Shown one piece after another: positions 44,980-54,747 of a DNA stretch of 64,000 nt (positions within the stretch are counted from its first letter, which is position 1; the number at the start of each line of letters is the position of its first letter). A program made the translations under genes and the position numbers. Source of the DNA: an uncultured Ignavibacteriales bacterium (GTDB lineage Bacteria > Zixibacteria > MSB-5A5 > GN15 > FEB-12); assembly GCA_964540105.1 (NCBI GenBank), contig CAZILL010000003.1, positions 74,035 to 138,034 on the forward strand. Direction: 5' to 3'. The notes below the pieces were generated by a model. It was not told the origin of the DNA, ran no database searches, and worked only from the letters and a program-made list of their open reading frames with translations.

Positions 44980-47900
44980 TTGCGCAATGAATGGGTAAAT
45001 AGCTTTGATCGCACCAATGCCGTCGTTGCGGCAGGGGTCTGGTTCGCGGTCCTTGTTGTTTACTTGATGACCAAGGCCCCGACGGTGACCTTCTGGGACT
45101 GCGGCGAGTTTATCGCCGTCAGTCACATTCTCGGCATTCCTCATCCACCGGGCACACCACTCTATGTTATGATCAGCCGCCTCTTTGCAACCCTTCCTCT
45201 GTACGCAGATCAGGCGGCCCGCATCAATTTTCTGACCGTGCTCTGTTCGTCGATGACCCCGGTCTTCGCGTACTTGAGTGGAGTGCGGATTCTTAGGACC
45301 TGGTTTGTTACCGACAATTCTCCATACTCACGGATGCTGACTTACGCCGGGGCTGCGAGTGGGGCGTTGTTCCTCGCGTTCAGCGCGACAAATTGGGGAA
45401 ATTCAGTCGAAGCGGAAGTTTATGGTATGTCGATGCTCATTTTCGTCAGTGTACTCTGGCTGACCCTTGTGTATCATGAGACTCCCGACGGCCTGCGGGC
45501 TGATGCGATCATGCTCTTTGTGGTCTATCTCGCTTTTCTGGGCATCGCGATACACCCCACGACCTTTCTGGTCCTTCCCATAGCAGCCTTGTTCTTTGTG
45601 GTGAAGAAGGGGGCTCCACGATCAGTCTGGTTTCTTGCGGCCGTATTCATCTTCTTCGAGCTGTTTCTCGTCTTCGCTCTCTCATCGCGACCTGGAGAGG
45701 TCCCATATTTCGTGCCTGTAACCGTGGTCTTGATCTTGTATCTGTTCTACGTGTTCTCGTGCCCAACTATCTCTCGCGCGGCGCTACTCATGGGCATAGG
45801 GCTCCTGGGTTCGGCGGCGCCTTTGGTTGGAGTGCTATCGAGCGCCGTGATCGCTCTCACAAGCGGGTCCGGGGTTCCGACTGAGCCACCATCAGTTCTC
45901 CTCCGGTGGGTAGGCGGAATCAGTTTCGTGGTGACACTTGCGCTCGCACTTTACTGGTCGGCAAGGTATCTGCTATCGCGCGACCAGAGGGGTGAGGAGC
46001 AGCAACACACATTTGTTCCATCGCTTTTCGTCATTGGAGCCGGGGTGATGGCGGCCATTCTCCTGCTCGACAAGCTCCGAGGGTACACGGCATTTGCGGT
46101 TGTATCGATTGCTGTTCTGATCATTGTTGGTTCCGTCGTCAGAAGCCATCTCAGATGGCCGATCCTGATCGCGATGGCCGGCGTTTCACTCGTGGCGCTG
46201 GCTGTTCGCCCCTTTGTGTTGGGGATTGCAGCTTCAACGGCTGTCGTGCTTGTTCTCGGTTTCTACTTCAAGAGTGAGACGTGGAAGGCCGCACTGCTGA
46301 TTATCGTGGCGGCGGGAGTCGGGTATTCGGTGCACCTGTTTGTGCCGATACGGTCAGCACAAGACCCGTACATAAACGAGAACGCCCCCTCCAAATCGAT
46401 CTCGGCTTTTGTCAACTATCTTGAACGAAAACAGTACGGGTCCCAAAGCATGACGTCAAGAATGTTCACGCGGCGGGCAGAGTGGGAAAACCAGTTTGGA
46501 GATTATCGACGGATGGGCTTCTGGCACTTCTTCAGCAATCAGTATGGACTTAACGGACCGAAGTTCTTTGTCCTGTTTGTGCTCGGATTGCTCGGGCTTT
46601 GGGAGGGGATTCGCATTCGATCTCCCTATGGCCTGTTGCTATCACTGCTCATTCTGATCTCCTCGGTGGGGCTGGTCCTGTACATGAATTTTGCGGACGG
46701 TACGCGACAGCATCCGGTAACGGGAGCCGATTACATTGAAGTACGCGACCGCGACTATTTCTTTACACCGGCATTTCTCCTGTTCGGACTCGCGATCGGA
46801 CTCGGCATCTCCGCGACGCTTCAGTACGTCAGGCAGACAATGCTGAGGCTGAACAATCCAATTCGAGGAGTCATTCTCGGAGTCGGCCTGGGGCTGTTTC
46901 TCATACCGGTCTACACGGTGAAGGCAAATTATTTCGAATCGGATCGATCCAATAACTACCTTGCGTATGACTATGCCTGGAATCTTCTGCAGTCAGCGGA
47001 TCCAAACGCCGTTCTGATTACATATGGCGACAATGACACCTTCCCTTTGTGGTGTTTGCAGGAGGCGTTCGGAGTTCGTAAAGATGTCAGGAACGTGAAT
47101 CTCTCTTTGGCAAACACGAAGTGGTATATCAAACAAGTGCGGGACTACATGAAACTTGATCTGGGATGGAATGATCAACAGATCGACAGTCTGCGACCGT
47201 ATCGATCACAAGACGGTCGCGTGTTTCAGATTCAGGATCAGGTGGTCGATGCAATCATCGATCACAACCACGGACGTTTTCCGATCAACTTTTCGGTGAC
47301 TGTGGCCGACGACGGTCGCAAGTATCACGGGCAATCAGCGCGAGATCGGCTGGTACTGAGCGGGCTCAAATGGCGATTTAAGGAGGCGGCCGACGGTATG
47401 GTTGCAGCGGTCGATGAATCGATCCAGTTCTTGGAGTCAGACAAGTTCCAGATGCGAGGTCTGGATGACCCCACGGTATACAAAGATGAGAACATGACGC
47501 GGCTGACATCGAATTACGCCAACGCATTTATGGCTATCGCCGATTCTCTGTCCAACGCAGGACGAGGAGCAGATGCCGAGCGACTCATGAGGAGACTGCA
47601 CGAGAAGATGCCTGACAATTTCGATGCGATCAGCTACCTTGCGAGCCTTTACGCCAACCGCGGACAGGTAGGACCGCTGACTGATCTGGTAGCCGAAACG
47701 CGCAGCGGCGACACGGATTGGCTTCGAACGTTGCTCGGACGTGTCCGGCGAAAGGCAGGAAATAGTTCTGAAGCGGAGGCTATACTTTCTCAGGTGCTCG
47801 GCACGCGGCCATCGTACCGACCGGCCTACGAGGAGCTGATTCGCCTGTATTCCGAGACCAGGCAGATGGACAAGCTCGGGGCGCTCTTTTCCGCATGGTT

Positions 47901-47991
47901 GAAATCGAATCCGGATGACAAGCAAACGCAACGGATCCTCGAAGATATGAAGGCCGGCCGATACGAGCAACGTCCGGCGGAGACCTTGTGA
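44980..47991 (+). CDS. DUF2723-family (TMEM260-like) GT-C membrane glycosyltransferase with C-terminal TPR-like domain
   Basis: Hallmark N-terminal motif TFWDCGEFIAVSHILGIPHPPGTPLY. More than 10 TM helices over ~600 aa. Large soluble C-terminus ending in helical repeats. TTG start. Confidence 0.75.
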   Translation: MRNEWVNSFDRTNAVVAAGVWFAVLVVYLMTKAPTVTFWDCGEFIAVSHILGIPHPPGTPLYVMISRLFATLPLYADQAARINFLTVLCSSMTPVFAYLSGVRILRTWFVTDNSPYSRMLTYAGAASGALFLAFSATNWGNSVEAEVYGMSMLIFVSVLWLTLVYHETPDGLRADAIMLFVVYLAFLGIAIHPTTFLVLPIAALFFVVKKGAPRSVWFLAAVFIFFELFLVFALSSRPGEVPYFVPVTVVLILYLFYVFSCPTISRAALLMGIGLLGSAAPLVGVLSSAVIALTSGSGVPTEPPSVLLRWVGGISFVVTLALALYWSARYLLSRDQRGEEQQHTFVPSLFVIGAGVMAAILLLDKLRGYTAFAVVSIAVLIIVGSVVRSHLRWPILIAMAGVSLVALAVRPFVLGIAASTAVVLVLGFYFKSETWKAALLIIVAAGVGYSVHLFVPIRSAQDPYINENAPSKSISAFVNYLERKQYGSQSMTSRMFTRRAEWENQFGDYRRMGFWHFFSNQYGLNGPKFFVLFVLGLLGLWEGIRIRSPYGLLLSLLILISSVGLVLYMNFADGTRQHPVTGADYIEVRDRDYFFTPAFLLFGLAIGLGISATLQYVRQTMLRLNNPIRGVILGVGLGLFLIPVYTVKANYFESDRSNNYLAYDYAWNLLQSADPNAVLITYGDNDTFPLWCLQEAFGVRKDVRNVNLSLANTKWYIKQVRDYMKLDLGWNDQQIDSLRPYRSQDGRVFQIQDQVVDAIIDHNHGRFPINFSVTVADDGRKYHGQSARDRLVLSGLKWRFKEAADGMVAAVDESIQFLESDKFQMRGLDDPTVYKDENMTRLTSNYANAFMAIADSLSNAGRGADAERLMRRLHEKMPDNFDAISYLASLYANRGQVGPLTDLVAETRSGDTDWLRTLLGRVRRKAGNSSEAEAILSQVLGTRPSYRPAYEELIRLYSETRQMDKLGALFSAWLKSNPDDKQTQRILEDMKAGRYEQRPAETL

Positions 47992-49103
47992 AAATCTTAG
48001 CGCTAAACTGGAATGATCTGGCGAATCCGAACGCCGGGGGCGCTGAAGTACACCTGGAGGAACTGCTCCGGCGATTGGTGACATATGGTCACGACGTTAC
48101 TCTCTTCTGCTCGGGATTCAAGGGCTGCTTAAGGGAAGAGATGATTCACGGAGTACGGATTATTCGTCGGGGGAACCGCTTCAATTTCAACCTGATTGCG
48201 CCCTTTCATCTCAGACGATTGGCGCGATCACATCGTTTCGATCTGCTCATTGAAGACATCAACAAGATTCCGTTCTATACGCCGCTCTACCTGAACATCA
48301 AGACTCTGGTAGTCATTCCACATCTCTTTGCGACGACCGTCTTTCAGGAGATAAACATGCTCCTGGGGACCTACATCTATCTCGCTGAGCGTCCGCTCGT
48401 CAGAGTCTATCGCGGATTCCCATTCAACGTAATTTCAGAATCGACCGCTGATGATATCGCGGCTCGCGGCGTTCCTCGCGCAGATATTTCGATCATTCAC
48501 TGCGGCATTGATCGGGCGATCTATTCGTATGATCAGTCGGTGAGGAAATTTGACCGGCCGACGATTCTGTATTTGGGGAGAATCAAGAAATACAAGTCAA
48601 TCCAGCATCTGATCATTGCGTTCACATCGATTAAAGAGCACATTCCGGAGGCACGCTTAATGATTGTAGGAGACGGTGACTACTTGCCTAAGCTGAAGTT
48701 ACTCGCATCGACGCTCGGCGTTTCGGATTCGGTTGAATTTCCGGGCTTCGTGAGTCAGGCAGAGAAAGTAGAGCGGATGCGGCGCGCCCACGTCTGTGTC
48801 CTGCCGTCGCTGAAGGAGGGGTGGGGACTGACGAACATAGAGGCAAACTCGGTGGGCACAACTGTGATCGCTGCGAATTCGCCGGGGCTGCGCGACTCCG
48901 TACGGGACGGGGTGACCGGTTATCTCTTCGAATACGGCAACACGACGCGTCTGGCCGAGCACTTGAAAAAGGTGCTCTTGGACGAGAAGACGCGCCAGCA
49001 ACTGGAGAGAGGCGGGCTGGCCTGGGCGGAGCAATTCGATTGGGACACGGCGGCAAGGAAATTCGATGAGCTGATACGAACGGTAGGAGGCGGGCGATCG
49101 TGA
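47988..49103 (+). CDS. Glycosyltransferase family 4 (GT-B, retaining type)
   Basis: N-terminal GGAEVHLEEL and a C-terminal EX7E-like region PSLKEGWGLTNIEANSVG. GTGA overlap with the upstream gene. Confidence 0.8.
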   Translation: MKILALNWNDLANPNAGGAEVHLEELLRRLVTYGHDVTLFCSGFKGCLREEMIHGVRIIRRGNRFNFNLIAPFHLRRLARSHRFDLLIEDINKIPFYTPLYLNIKTLVVIPHLFATTVFQEINMLLGTYIYLAERPLVRVYRGFPFNVISESTADDIAARGVPRADISIIHCGIDRAIYSYDQSVRKFDRPTILYLGRIKKYKSIQHLIIAFTSIKEHIPEARLMIVGDGDYLPKLKLLASTLGVSDSVEFPGFVSQAEKVERMRRAHVCVLPSLKEGWGLTNIEANSVGTTVIAANSPGLRDSVRDGVTGYLFEYGNTTRLAEHLKKVLLDEKTRQQLERGGLAWAEQFDWDTAARKFDELIRTVGGGRS

Positions 49104-50116
49104 AAGCGCAACAAAAGCGTGCAGTCTATGTCATCATCGGATTATTGATTTCGCTCGTTCTTGTCTGGGCCCTGTTTCGGAATATCAACTTCGGTGAACT
49201 GGTCCAAGCCTTGAGTAGCGCGAATTACCTATGGCTCATTCCCAACATAATCCTGGTCATCTCCGCCATGCATCAACGAGCGTGGCGCTGGCAGTTCATG
49301 ATGGCGCCGATCAAGAAAGTCGGCTTCGACAAGCTCCTCTCAGCTACGTGTATAGGGTTCATGGCCAACAACGTCCTCCCCCTGCGACTGGGTGAGTTTG
49401 TTCGGGCGTATTCGCTGTCATGGCAAGACAAGGAGATCACTAAATCGGCTTCGCTGGCGACAATTTTTGTCGAGCGCATGGTCTTTGACCTCGTGATCTT
49501 GCTCATGATCTTTGGGGGAGTGGTCGGAATGTCGCAACTGTCAGTACAAGAGGAGATGCGAGAGGGAACTCTGGTCGCGGTGGGGATCGCGCTGGTAGGG
49601 ATTCTCTTCATCTTTGCACTGGCGTTCAAGCCCGCACGCTCGGGTAGAATCCTGTCGCGCATTCTCATCGTTGCTCCGCAATCGGTGACAGCGAGGATCA
49701 ATGACGTCGTCATGAAATTCTCGCGTGGTCTTGAATTCATCAAGAATTTCAAAACGCTCAGCATCGTCTCGCTGCAGACCCTGGTGCTGTGGCTGTTCAT
49801 GGGGCTCTCCAATTACTTCGTGTTTCTGGCGTTTGGCTTCGACCTCCCGCTCTCGGCCTCATACGTTCTGCTTGTAGTCGTTTCGATTTCCATCCTGATC
49901 CCTTCCTCTCCGGGCTTTGTCGGTGTCTATCATGCCGGTACAGTTTGGACGTTAGCGCAATACCCGGGGATCACCAAAGAACAGGCGCTCTCGTTTGCGC
50001 TGGTGCTGCATGCGGCCCAGTACATCCCGATCACAGCCATGGGTTTCTATTACCTGAAGAAGGAACATCTCTCGCTCAAGGTGCTTGAGGAAGAGGCCGC
50101 CGAGAAGCCGGACTAA
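49100..50116 (+). CDS. Flippase-like membrane protein (UPF0104 / lysyl-PG synthase TM-region family)
   Basis: 8 predicted TM helices. Motifs RAWRWQFMM and GFMANNVLPLRLGEFVRAY are typical of this family. GTGA overlap with the GT4 gene. Confidence 0.65.
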   Translation: MKAQQKRAVYVIIGLLISLVLVWALFRNINFGELVQALSSANYLWLIPNIILVISAMHQRAWRWQFMMAPIKKVGFDKLLSATCIGFMANNVLPLRLGEFVRAYSLSWQDKEITKSASLATIFVERMVFDLVILLMIFGGVVGMSQLSVQEEMREGTLVAVGIALVGILFIFALAFKPARSGRILSRILIVAPQSVTARINDVVMKFSRGLEFIKNFKTLSIVSLQTLVLWLFMGLSNYFVFLAFGFDLPLSASYVLLVVVSISILIPSSPGFVGVYHAGTVWTLAQYPGITKEQALSFALVLHAAQYIPITAMGFYYLKKEHLSLKVLEEEAAEKPD

Positions 50117-50164
50117 GCCGGCAGTGGAATAACTTACGCAAACCATCCCCCTTACGTCGGTATC

Positions 50165-52420
50165 ATGCAAAAACACCAATTGCCAAGCGGCCAAGCCAGG
50201 AGGAGAGAAGCCCTGTTTCGTCGCTGGATCATCGGATTAGTGCTACTCTCGGCCATCCTGCGTTTGTGGTTTCTGTTCTACGGGGATGTCTTGCCCGTTA
50301 TGTGGGATGCGCGACGATACTCAGCGGCCGCTCTCGGATTGATCAGCTTTGTTGACGGCGCGAATGCTCCTACGAAGCCCGAAGAGAAAGAGTCTCCGAA
50401 CCGTCTCAAGTACTACAACGACAAATATATTCAGGGAGAACAGATTGTCTGGAAACCGTATTCTCCAAGTACGCTGAAAGCGGCACGAAATGACATTCTG
50501 ATCGGCGGGCCCCTCTATCCTCTTGTATTAGCGACCGTGTTCTATGTTTCTCCGGCTTCAGATCTCTTTGTCGCGCGTTCTGTCGGCGTGCTCATGGATC
50601 TGACTTCGACTCTGCTCATTCTCCTGATTGCAGCGCGGCTTGTAGGACGCAAGGCGGCGATAGTCGTGGGGATTATCTACGCAACATACTTCCCATTCAT
50701 TCAAACATCGACAATGCTCCTATTGGAGAACTCGACGACACTCCTCATGCTCTTGTCATTGTACTTTCTGCTTCGGACAAGGGACGACGGCGGACGCCGG
50801 TCACTGCTTATGGGCGGGGTCACTTCGGCCTTGCTGATTCTGAATAAACCGTCGGCCATGTTCCTGTGGGCGCCCCTTGCCTGCGCCCTCTTTGTTTCGT
50901 GGCGCGATGAGTATTCGATGCGAGAGAGAGTGCGCCGCATCGCGATCTACCTGGCCCCCACAGGGATTGTTCTCGGGACATGGCTGACAATCGCCAGCGT
51001 GATCTATGGGCAGTTGACGTTGAAGGAGCCGACATATCAGGAATCCAGCCTGAGGCAGTCGTCGGCGGTGGAATCGGAAGGATACGACTTGGACATTGTA
51101 GCTCTCAACTTCTGGACAAGGCCCGTCTACAGCAATCTCCTGAGCAATTGGCTCGAATACGGAGGTCTGTTCGTCAAGAAATTCACGCGCTTGTGGTCGA
51201 GGCCGTTCAACGACTTCAGGCGGAACTTCCTCTTCCCATATAAGTTCGACGAACAGTTTCATGTCGCGATCATGTTGTTCGGGTTCATAGGACTCGTCCT
51301 GCTGGTATTGACCAATCTCAAGACAGCTGTCTGGCCAGTGGGTATTATCTTCTACTATACGGCGATCCACGTCGTATTCCATTCGGTGTCACGTTACAGT
51401 TTTAGCGCGATTCCGATGGTCGTAATCGGTGTCGGCTTTCTGTTTGTTTCAGTGGGCGACAGTCTTCGGGGTAGCAATCGATTGAAGTGGGCTCAGTTCG
51501 CGGGTTTCGCCACGGCGATAGTGATGGCATGGGTAATTGATGTTCGATGGATCGAGACGGTATTTGGGGGGAGCATTTCGAAAAGCATAGTATATGCGGG
51601 GTTGATCGCAAAGACGCTGCTTCTTGCAGTTGGTTTGATTCTTCTCCAGAAGTTACTGCTGAGCGCTGTACCTCGGGTGAAGCGAGTGTTGTTTGTGGCA
51701 ACGATCACTTTCTCACTCGCTTTGGTCGGCTGGAACAGCGTGCTGGCGCGGGATAGCTGGTCCGATTTCGCGGCTCCGTTGACCGATCCCGGCATGAGGG
51801 CCGGAACACGATTATATATCTCGCAATTCGAGATTGTGGATTCTGCTGCGGTCCTGGCGGTCGTCGTGGACGTGAATTCTGGAAGGGAAGTAAGCGGATC
51901 GTATACACTCAGGGTCGGAAATCTCGTCAGGGACTTTCGCGTCGCGGTCGACCCGCCAAGCAACGATTACTACATCAAATCAAACTACGAGTACTTTCTC
52001 AAGCTCTGCAACGACGCCTATCCTGAAATCCGTCAATACGTAGTCTATCCGCTCGATCCGAAGATTGTCAAGGAATACATAGACAGCCGAGGGTACATTG
52101 ACATCATGATCGCCCCTAACTGGGCCGACAGCGCTGATTCAAATTACGTCGTGATTCATGGCAACAGAGCGGCTACAAATCGGACAGCCTTTGTTCCCTC
52201 GATTCCAAGCACGAGCATTGAACGATATGTCTACGCCGACGATCCTCGAGTACGAACCCGCGCAAATTTCATGTCTGATTCTGCCGTTTCATACTATATT
52301 AGCCGTACGAGTTCCGAAATCAGTCGCGGGCAGGATCTTTCCATTCTGCCTGGAGTTCAGCGAGGGCGATATAACCTGTTTCTCGTCGTACTCCAGAATG
52401 GTACCGGCGAACTGTATTGA
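50165..52420 (+). CDS. GT-C fold membrane glycosyltransferase (ArnT/PMT-like) with large C-terminal extracytoplasmic domain
   Basis: The first-loop acidic motif VMWDARRYS resembles the ArnT/PMT DE/DxD loop. About 12 TM helices. A ~230-aa soluble C-terminal domain. Confidence 0.6.
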   Translation: MQKHQLPSGQARRREALFRRWIIGLVLLSAILRLWFLFYGDVLPVMWDARRYSAAALGLISFVDGANAPTKPEEKESPNRLKYYNDKYIQGEQIVWKPYSPSTLKAARNDILIGGPLYPLVLATVFYVSPASDLFVARSVGVLMDLTSTLLILLIAARLVGRKAAIVVGIIYATYFPFIQTSTMLLLENSTTLLMLLSLYFLLRTRDDGGRRSLLMGGVTSALLILNKPSAMFLWAPLACALFVSWRDEYSMRERVRRIAIYLAPTGIVLGTWLTIASVIYGQLTLKEPTYQESSLRQSSAVESEGYDLDIVALNFWTRPVYSNLLSNWLEYGGLFVKKFTRLWSRPFNDFRRNFLFPYKFDEQFHVAIMLFGFIGLVLLVLTNLKTAVWPVGIIFYYTAIHVVFHSVSRYSFSAIPMVVIGVGFLFVSVGDSLRGSNRLKWAQFAGFATAIVMAWVIDVRWIETVFGGSISKSIVYAGLIAKTLLLAVGLILLQKLLLSAVPRVKRVLFVATITFSLALVGWNSVLARDSWSDFAAPLTDPGMRAGTRLYISQFEIVDSAAVLAVVVDVNSGREVSGSYTLRVGNLVRDFRVAVDPPSNDYYIKSNYEYFLKLCNDAYPEIRQYVVYPLDPKIVKEYIDSRGYIDIMIAPNWADSADSNYVVIHGNRAATNRTAFVPSIPSTSIERYVYADDPRVRTRANFMSDSAVSYYISRTSSEISRGQDLSILPGVQRGRYNLFLVVLQNGTGELY

Positions 52421-52438
52421 GAAACGATTGAGGGTATC

Positions 52439-53449
52439 ATGAAAATAGGGATTGTTGGCTGTGGGTACTGGGGACCGAACTTGGTCAGAAACTTCTCGAT
52501 TCTCGATCAGGTCGAAGTTGCAGCGGTAAGCGACCTGCGACCGGAACGCCTGGAGTTTATCCGTCGCCAGTTTCCAGGTATACGGTTGTTGACTCAGAAA
52601 GCATCGGAAGTTCTCGCTTCCAGCTCAGTCGATGCGGTCGTCATATGTACGCCGGTCTCAACGCACTTCGAACTCGGCATGGCCGCACTCAACGCGGGTA
52701 AGCATGTTCTCATGGAGAAACCGTTCACGGCTACGGTCGGAGAGGCCGAGCAATTGATAGAGCTCGCCGAGAAGAAGAATCTGCGCCTGATGGTGGATCA
52801 CACGTTCATTTACACGGGCGCGGTGCAGACGATCAAGAAGTACATCGATTCCGGTGATCTGGGGGATCTCTACTACTTCGACTCCGTGCGCGTGAATCTT
52901 GGACTCTTTCAGCACGATGTCAACGTCGTCTGGGACCTGGCGCCGCATGATGTATCGATCATGGATTACCTGTTGGGCCGTCCCCCGCGCGCCGTTTCGG
53001 CCACAGGCATTGCCCACTTCACCAATGGGATCGAGAATATCGCGTACATTTCGACATTCTTTGATAACCAGCTCATGGGGCACATTCACGTAAACTGGCT
53101 GGCGCCGGTCAAAGTTCGCAAGACGCTCGTGTCAGGGTCAAGAAAGATGATCATCTATGATGATATGGAACCCTCGGAGAAAGTGAAGCTCTATGACAGC
53201 GGAGTGGACATCACCCCCAATCGCGACCAGATCTACAACATCCTCGTTCAGTATCGCACGGGAGATATGCTTGCCCCGAAAATCGATCTTACCGAAGCGC
53301 TCAAGAAAGTGAGTCAGGAGTTCGTGCGCTCTATCACCGAAGGGAGAACGCCGCTCACGGATGGTCGGGCCGGCCTTCGTGTTGTCCGGATTCTCGAGGC
53401 GGCCAATCATTCCATCAAGAAGAACGGTCAAGTAATGGAGTTAGCCTAA
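52439..53449 (+). CDS. Gfo/Idh/MocA NAD-dependent sugar-nucleotide oxidoreductase
   Basis: Rossmann N-terminus MKIGIVGCGYWG. EKP motif (VLMEKPF). Typical C-terminal alpha/beta domain. Confidence 0.8.
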   Translation: MKIGIVGCGYWGPNLVRNFSILDQVEVAAVSDLRPERLEFIRRQFPGIRLLTQKASEVLASSSVDAVVICTPVSTHFELGMAALNAGKHVLMEKPFTATVGEAEQLIELAEKKNLRLMVDHTFIYTGAVQTIKKYIDSGDLGDLYYFDSVRVNLGLFQHDVNVVWDLAPHDVSIMDYLLGRPPRAVSATGIAHFTNGIENIAYISTFFDNQLMGHIHVNWLAPVKVRKTLVSGSRKMIIYDDMEPSEKVKLYDSGVDITPNRDQIYNILVQYRTGDMLAPKIDLTEALKKVSQEFVRSITEGRTPLTDGRAGLRVVRILEAANHSIKKNGQVMELA

Positions 53450-53450
53450 C

Positions 53451-54017
53451 ATGGGAGATAAAGAGTTTTTCGTGCACCCCAACGCATTGGTTGCGTCACA
53501 ACGAATAGGGAAGGGAACCCGGGTCTGGGCGTTTTCCAATGTTCAGAAGGAAGCAATTATCGGCGAGGAATGTAACATCTGTGATCACTGCTTCGTGGAG
53601 AACCGCGTGATCATCGGAAACCGAGTGACAGTAAAGAACGGGGTTGCGTTGTGGGAGGGGATGACGATAGAAGATTCAGTCTTTATCGGGCCCAATGCTG
53701 TTTTTACCAACGATATCTATCCTCGCAGCAAAGTGTACCACGAGCATGTGGACAAAACCGTCCTTAAGGAAGGTTGTACCATCGGCGCTAACGCCGTCGT
53801 CGTGGCAGGACACACGATCGGGAAGTGGGCGATGATCGGCGCCGGCTCCGTGGTCACGAAGAATGTTCCGGATTTTGCGCTCTGGTTCGGCAATCCCGCG
53901 AAGTTCGTGTCGTACATCTGCAGGTGTGCGGCCCGGCTCAGTTTTGCTGATCAGCGTGCGGTCTGTACCTGCGGGCTGAAATATCACATCACCGACGGGC
54001 ACGTATCGCCGGCATGA
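53451..54017 (+). CDS. Left-handed beta-helix N-acetyltransferase (WbpD/QdtC-like hexapeptide-repeat)
   Basis: Hexapeptide repeats such as IGEECNICDHCFVENRVIIGNRVTVKNGVALWEGMTIEDSVFIGPNAVF. Lies 1 nt after the oxidoreductase stop. Confidence 0.8.
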   Translation: MGDKEFFVHPNALVASQRIGKGTRVWAFSNVQKEAIIGEECNICDHCFVENRVIIGNRVTVKNGVALWEGMTIEDSVFIGPNAVFTNDIYPRSKVYHEHVDKTVLKEGCTIGANAVVVAGHTIGKWAMIGAGSVVTKNVPDFALWFGNPAKFVSYICRCAARLSFADQRAVCTCGLKYHITDGHVSPA

Positions 54018-54027
54018 CGCCCGGAGA

Positions 54028-54747
54028 TTGAGCTTGAACGACACAGTTCTGGTCGCAGTTCTGACCTTCAATGAGGGGGAAAAGCTCAAGTCGCTCGTCC
54101 GGCGTTTTCCTCAGGACAAGGGGTATCGCCTGCTTTTCGTCGACGACGGTTCAACTGATAACACACATGAATTCCTTGTCAGCCTCGGACATTGTGTGCT
54201 CCGTCACGAGCGGAACATGGGAGTCGGGTATGGTATCAGAGAGGCAATTTCCTTTGGACGTGCGAACAATTGCGGGATCATAGTAGTGATGGCGGGAAAT
54301 GGCAAGATGCTCCCCGAGGAGATCCCGAGGTTGGTGAATCCAATTCGGGAGGATCGGGCCGACTACGTTCAAGGTTCGCGAAATCTCGAGGGCGGCGTTT
54401 CTCCGCACCTTCCTTTTGGTCGGAAGATCGCCATCCGGCTGTTCACCGAGACGGTCAATCTGTTTCTCGGGAAGCGAACGACGGATGTGACCTGCGGGTT
54501 TCGCGCTTATCGTTTGGATCTGTTCAACGACAAGAGCATTGATCTCGACCAGGATTGGTTGGATCGTTATGAGTTAGAGTACTATATCCACTACAAAGTT
54601 CTCACGGGCGGCTATCGTTTCGCGGAAGCCCCAGTGTCGATGGTCTACCCTGAGGACGGGCAAAACTACTCAAAGATCAAACCGTTTACCGGTTGGTGGT
54701 CCATTCTCCGCCCTTGGATCTTCCTTGTACTGCGAATAAAAAAATAG
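54028..54747 (+). CDS. Glycosyltransferase family 2 (polyprenol-phosphate sugar synthase-like: DPM1/ArnC/GtrB type)
   Basis: N-terminal VAVLTFNEG, DXD motif VDDGSTDNT, and short length (239 aa) without TM helices. Confidence 0.75.
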   Translation: MSLNDTVLVAVLTFNEGEKLKSLVRRFPQDKGYRLLFVDDGSTDNTHEFLVSLGHCVLRHERNMGVGYGIREAISFGRANNCGIIVVMAGNGKMLPEEIPRLVNPIREDRADYVQGSRNLEGGVSPHLPFGRKIAIRLFTETVNLFLGKRTTDVTCGFRAYRLDLFNDKSIDLDQDWLDRYELEYYIHYKVLTGGYRFAEAPVSMVYPEDGQNYSKIKPFTGWWSILRPWIFLVLRIKK

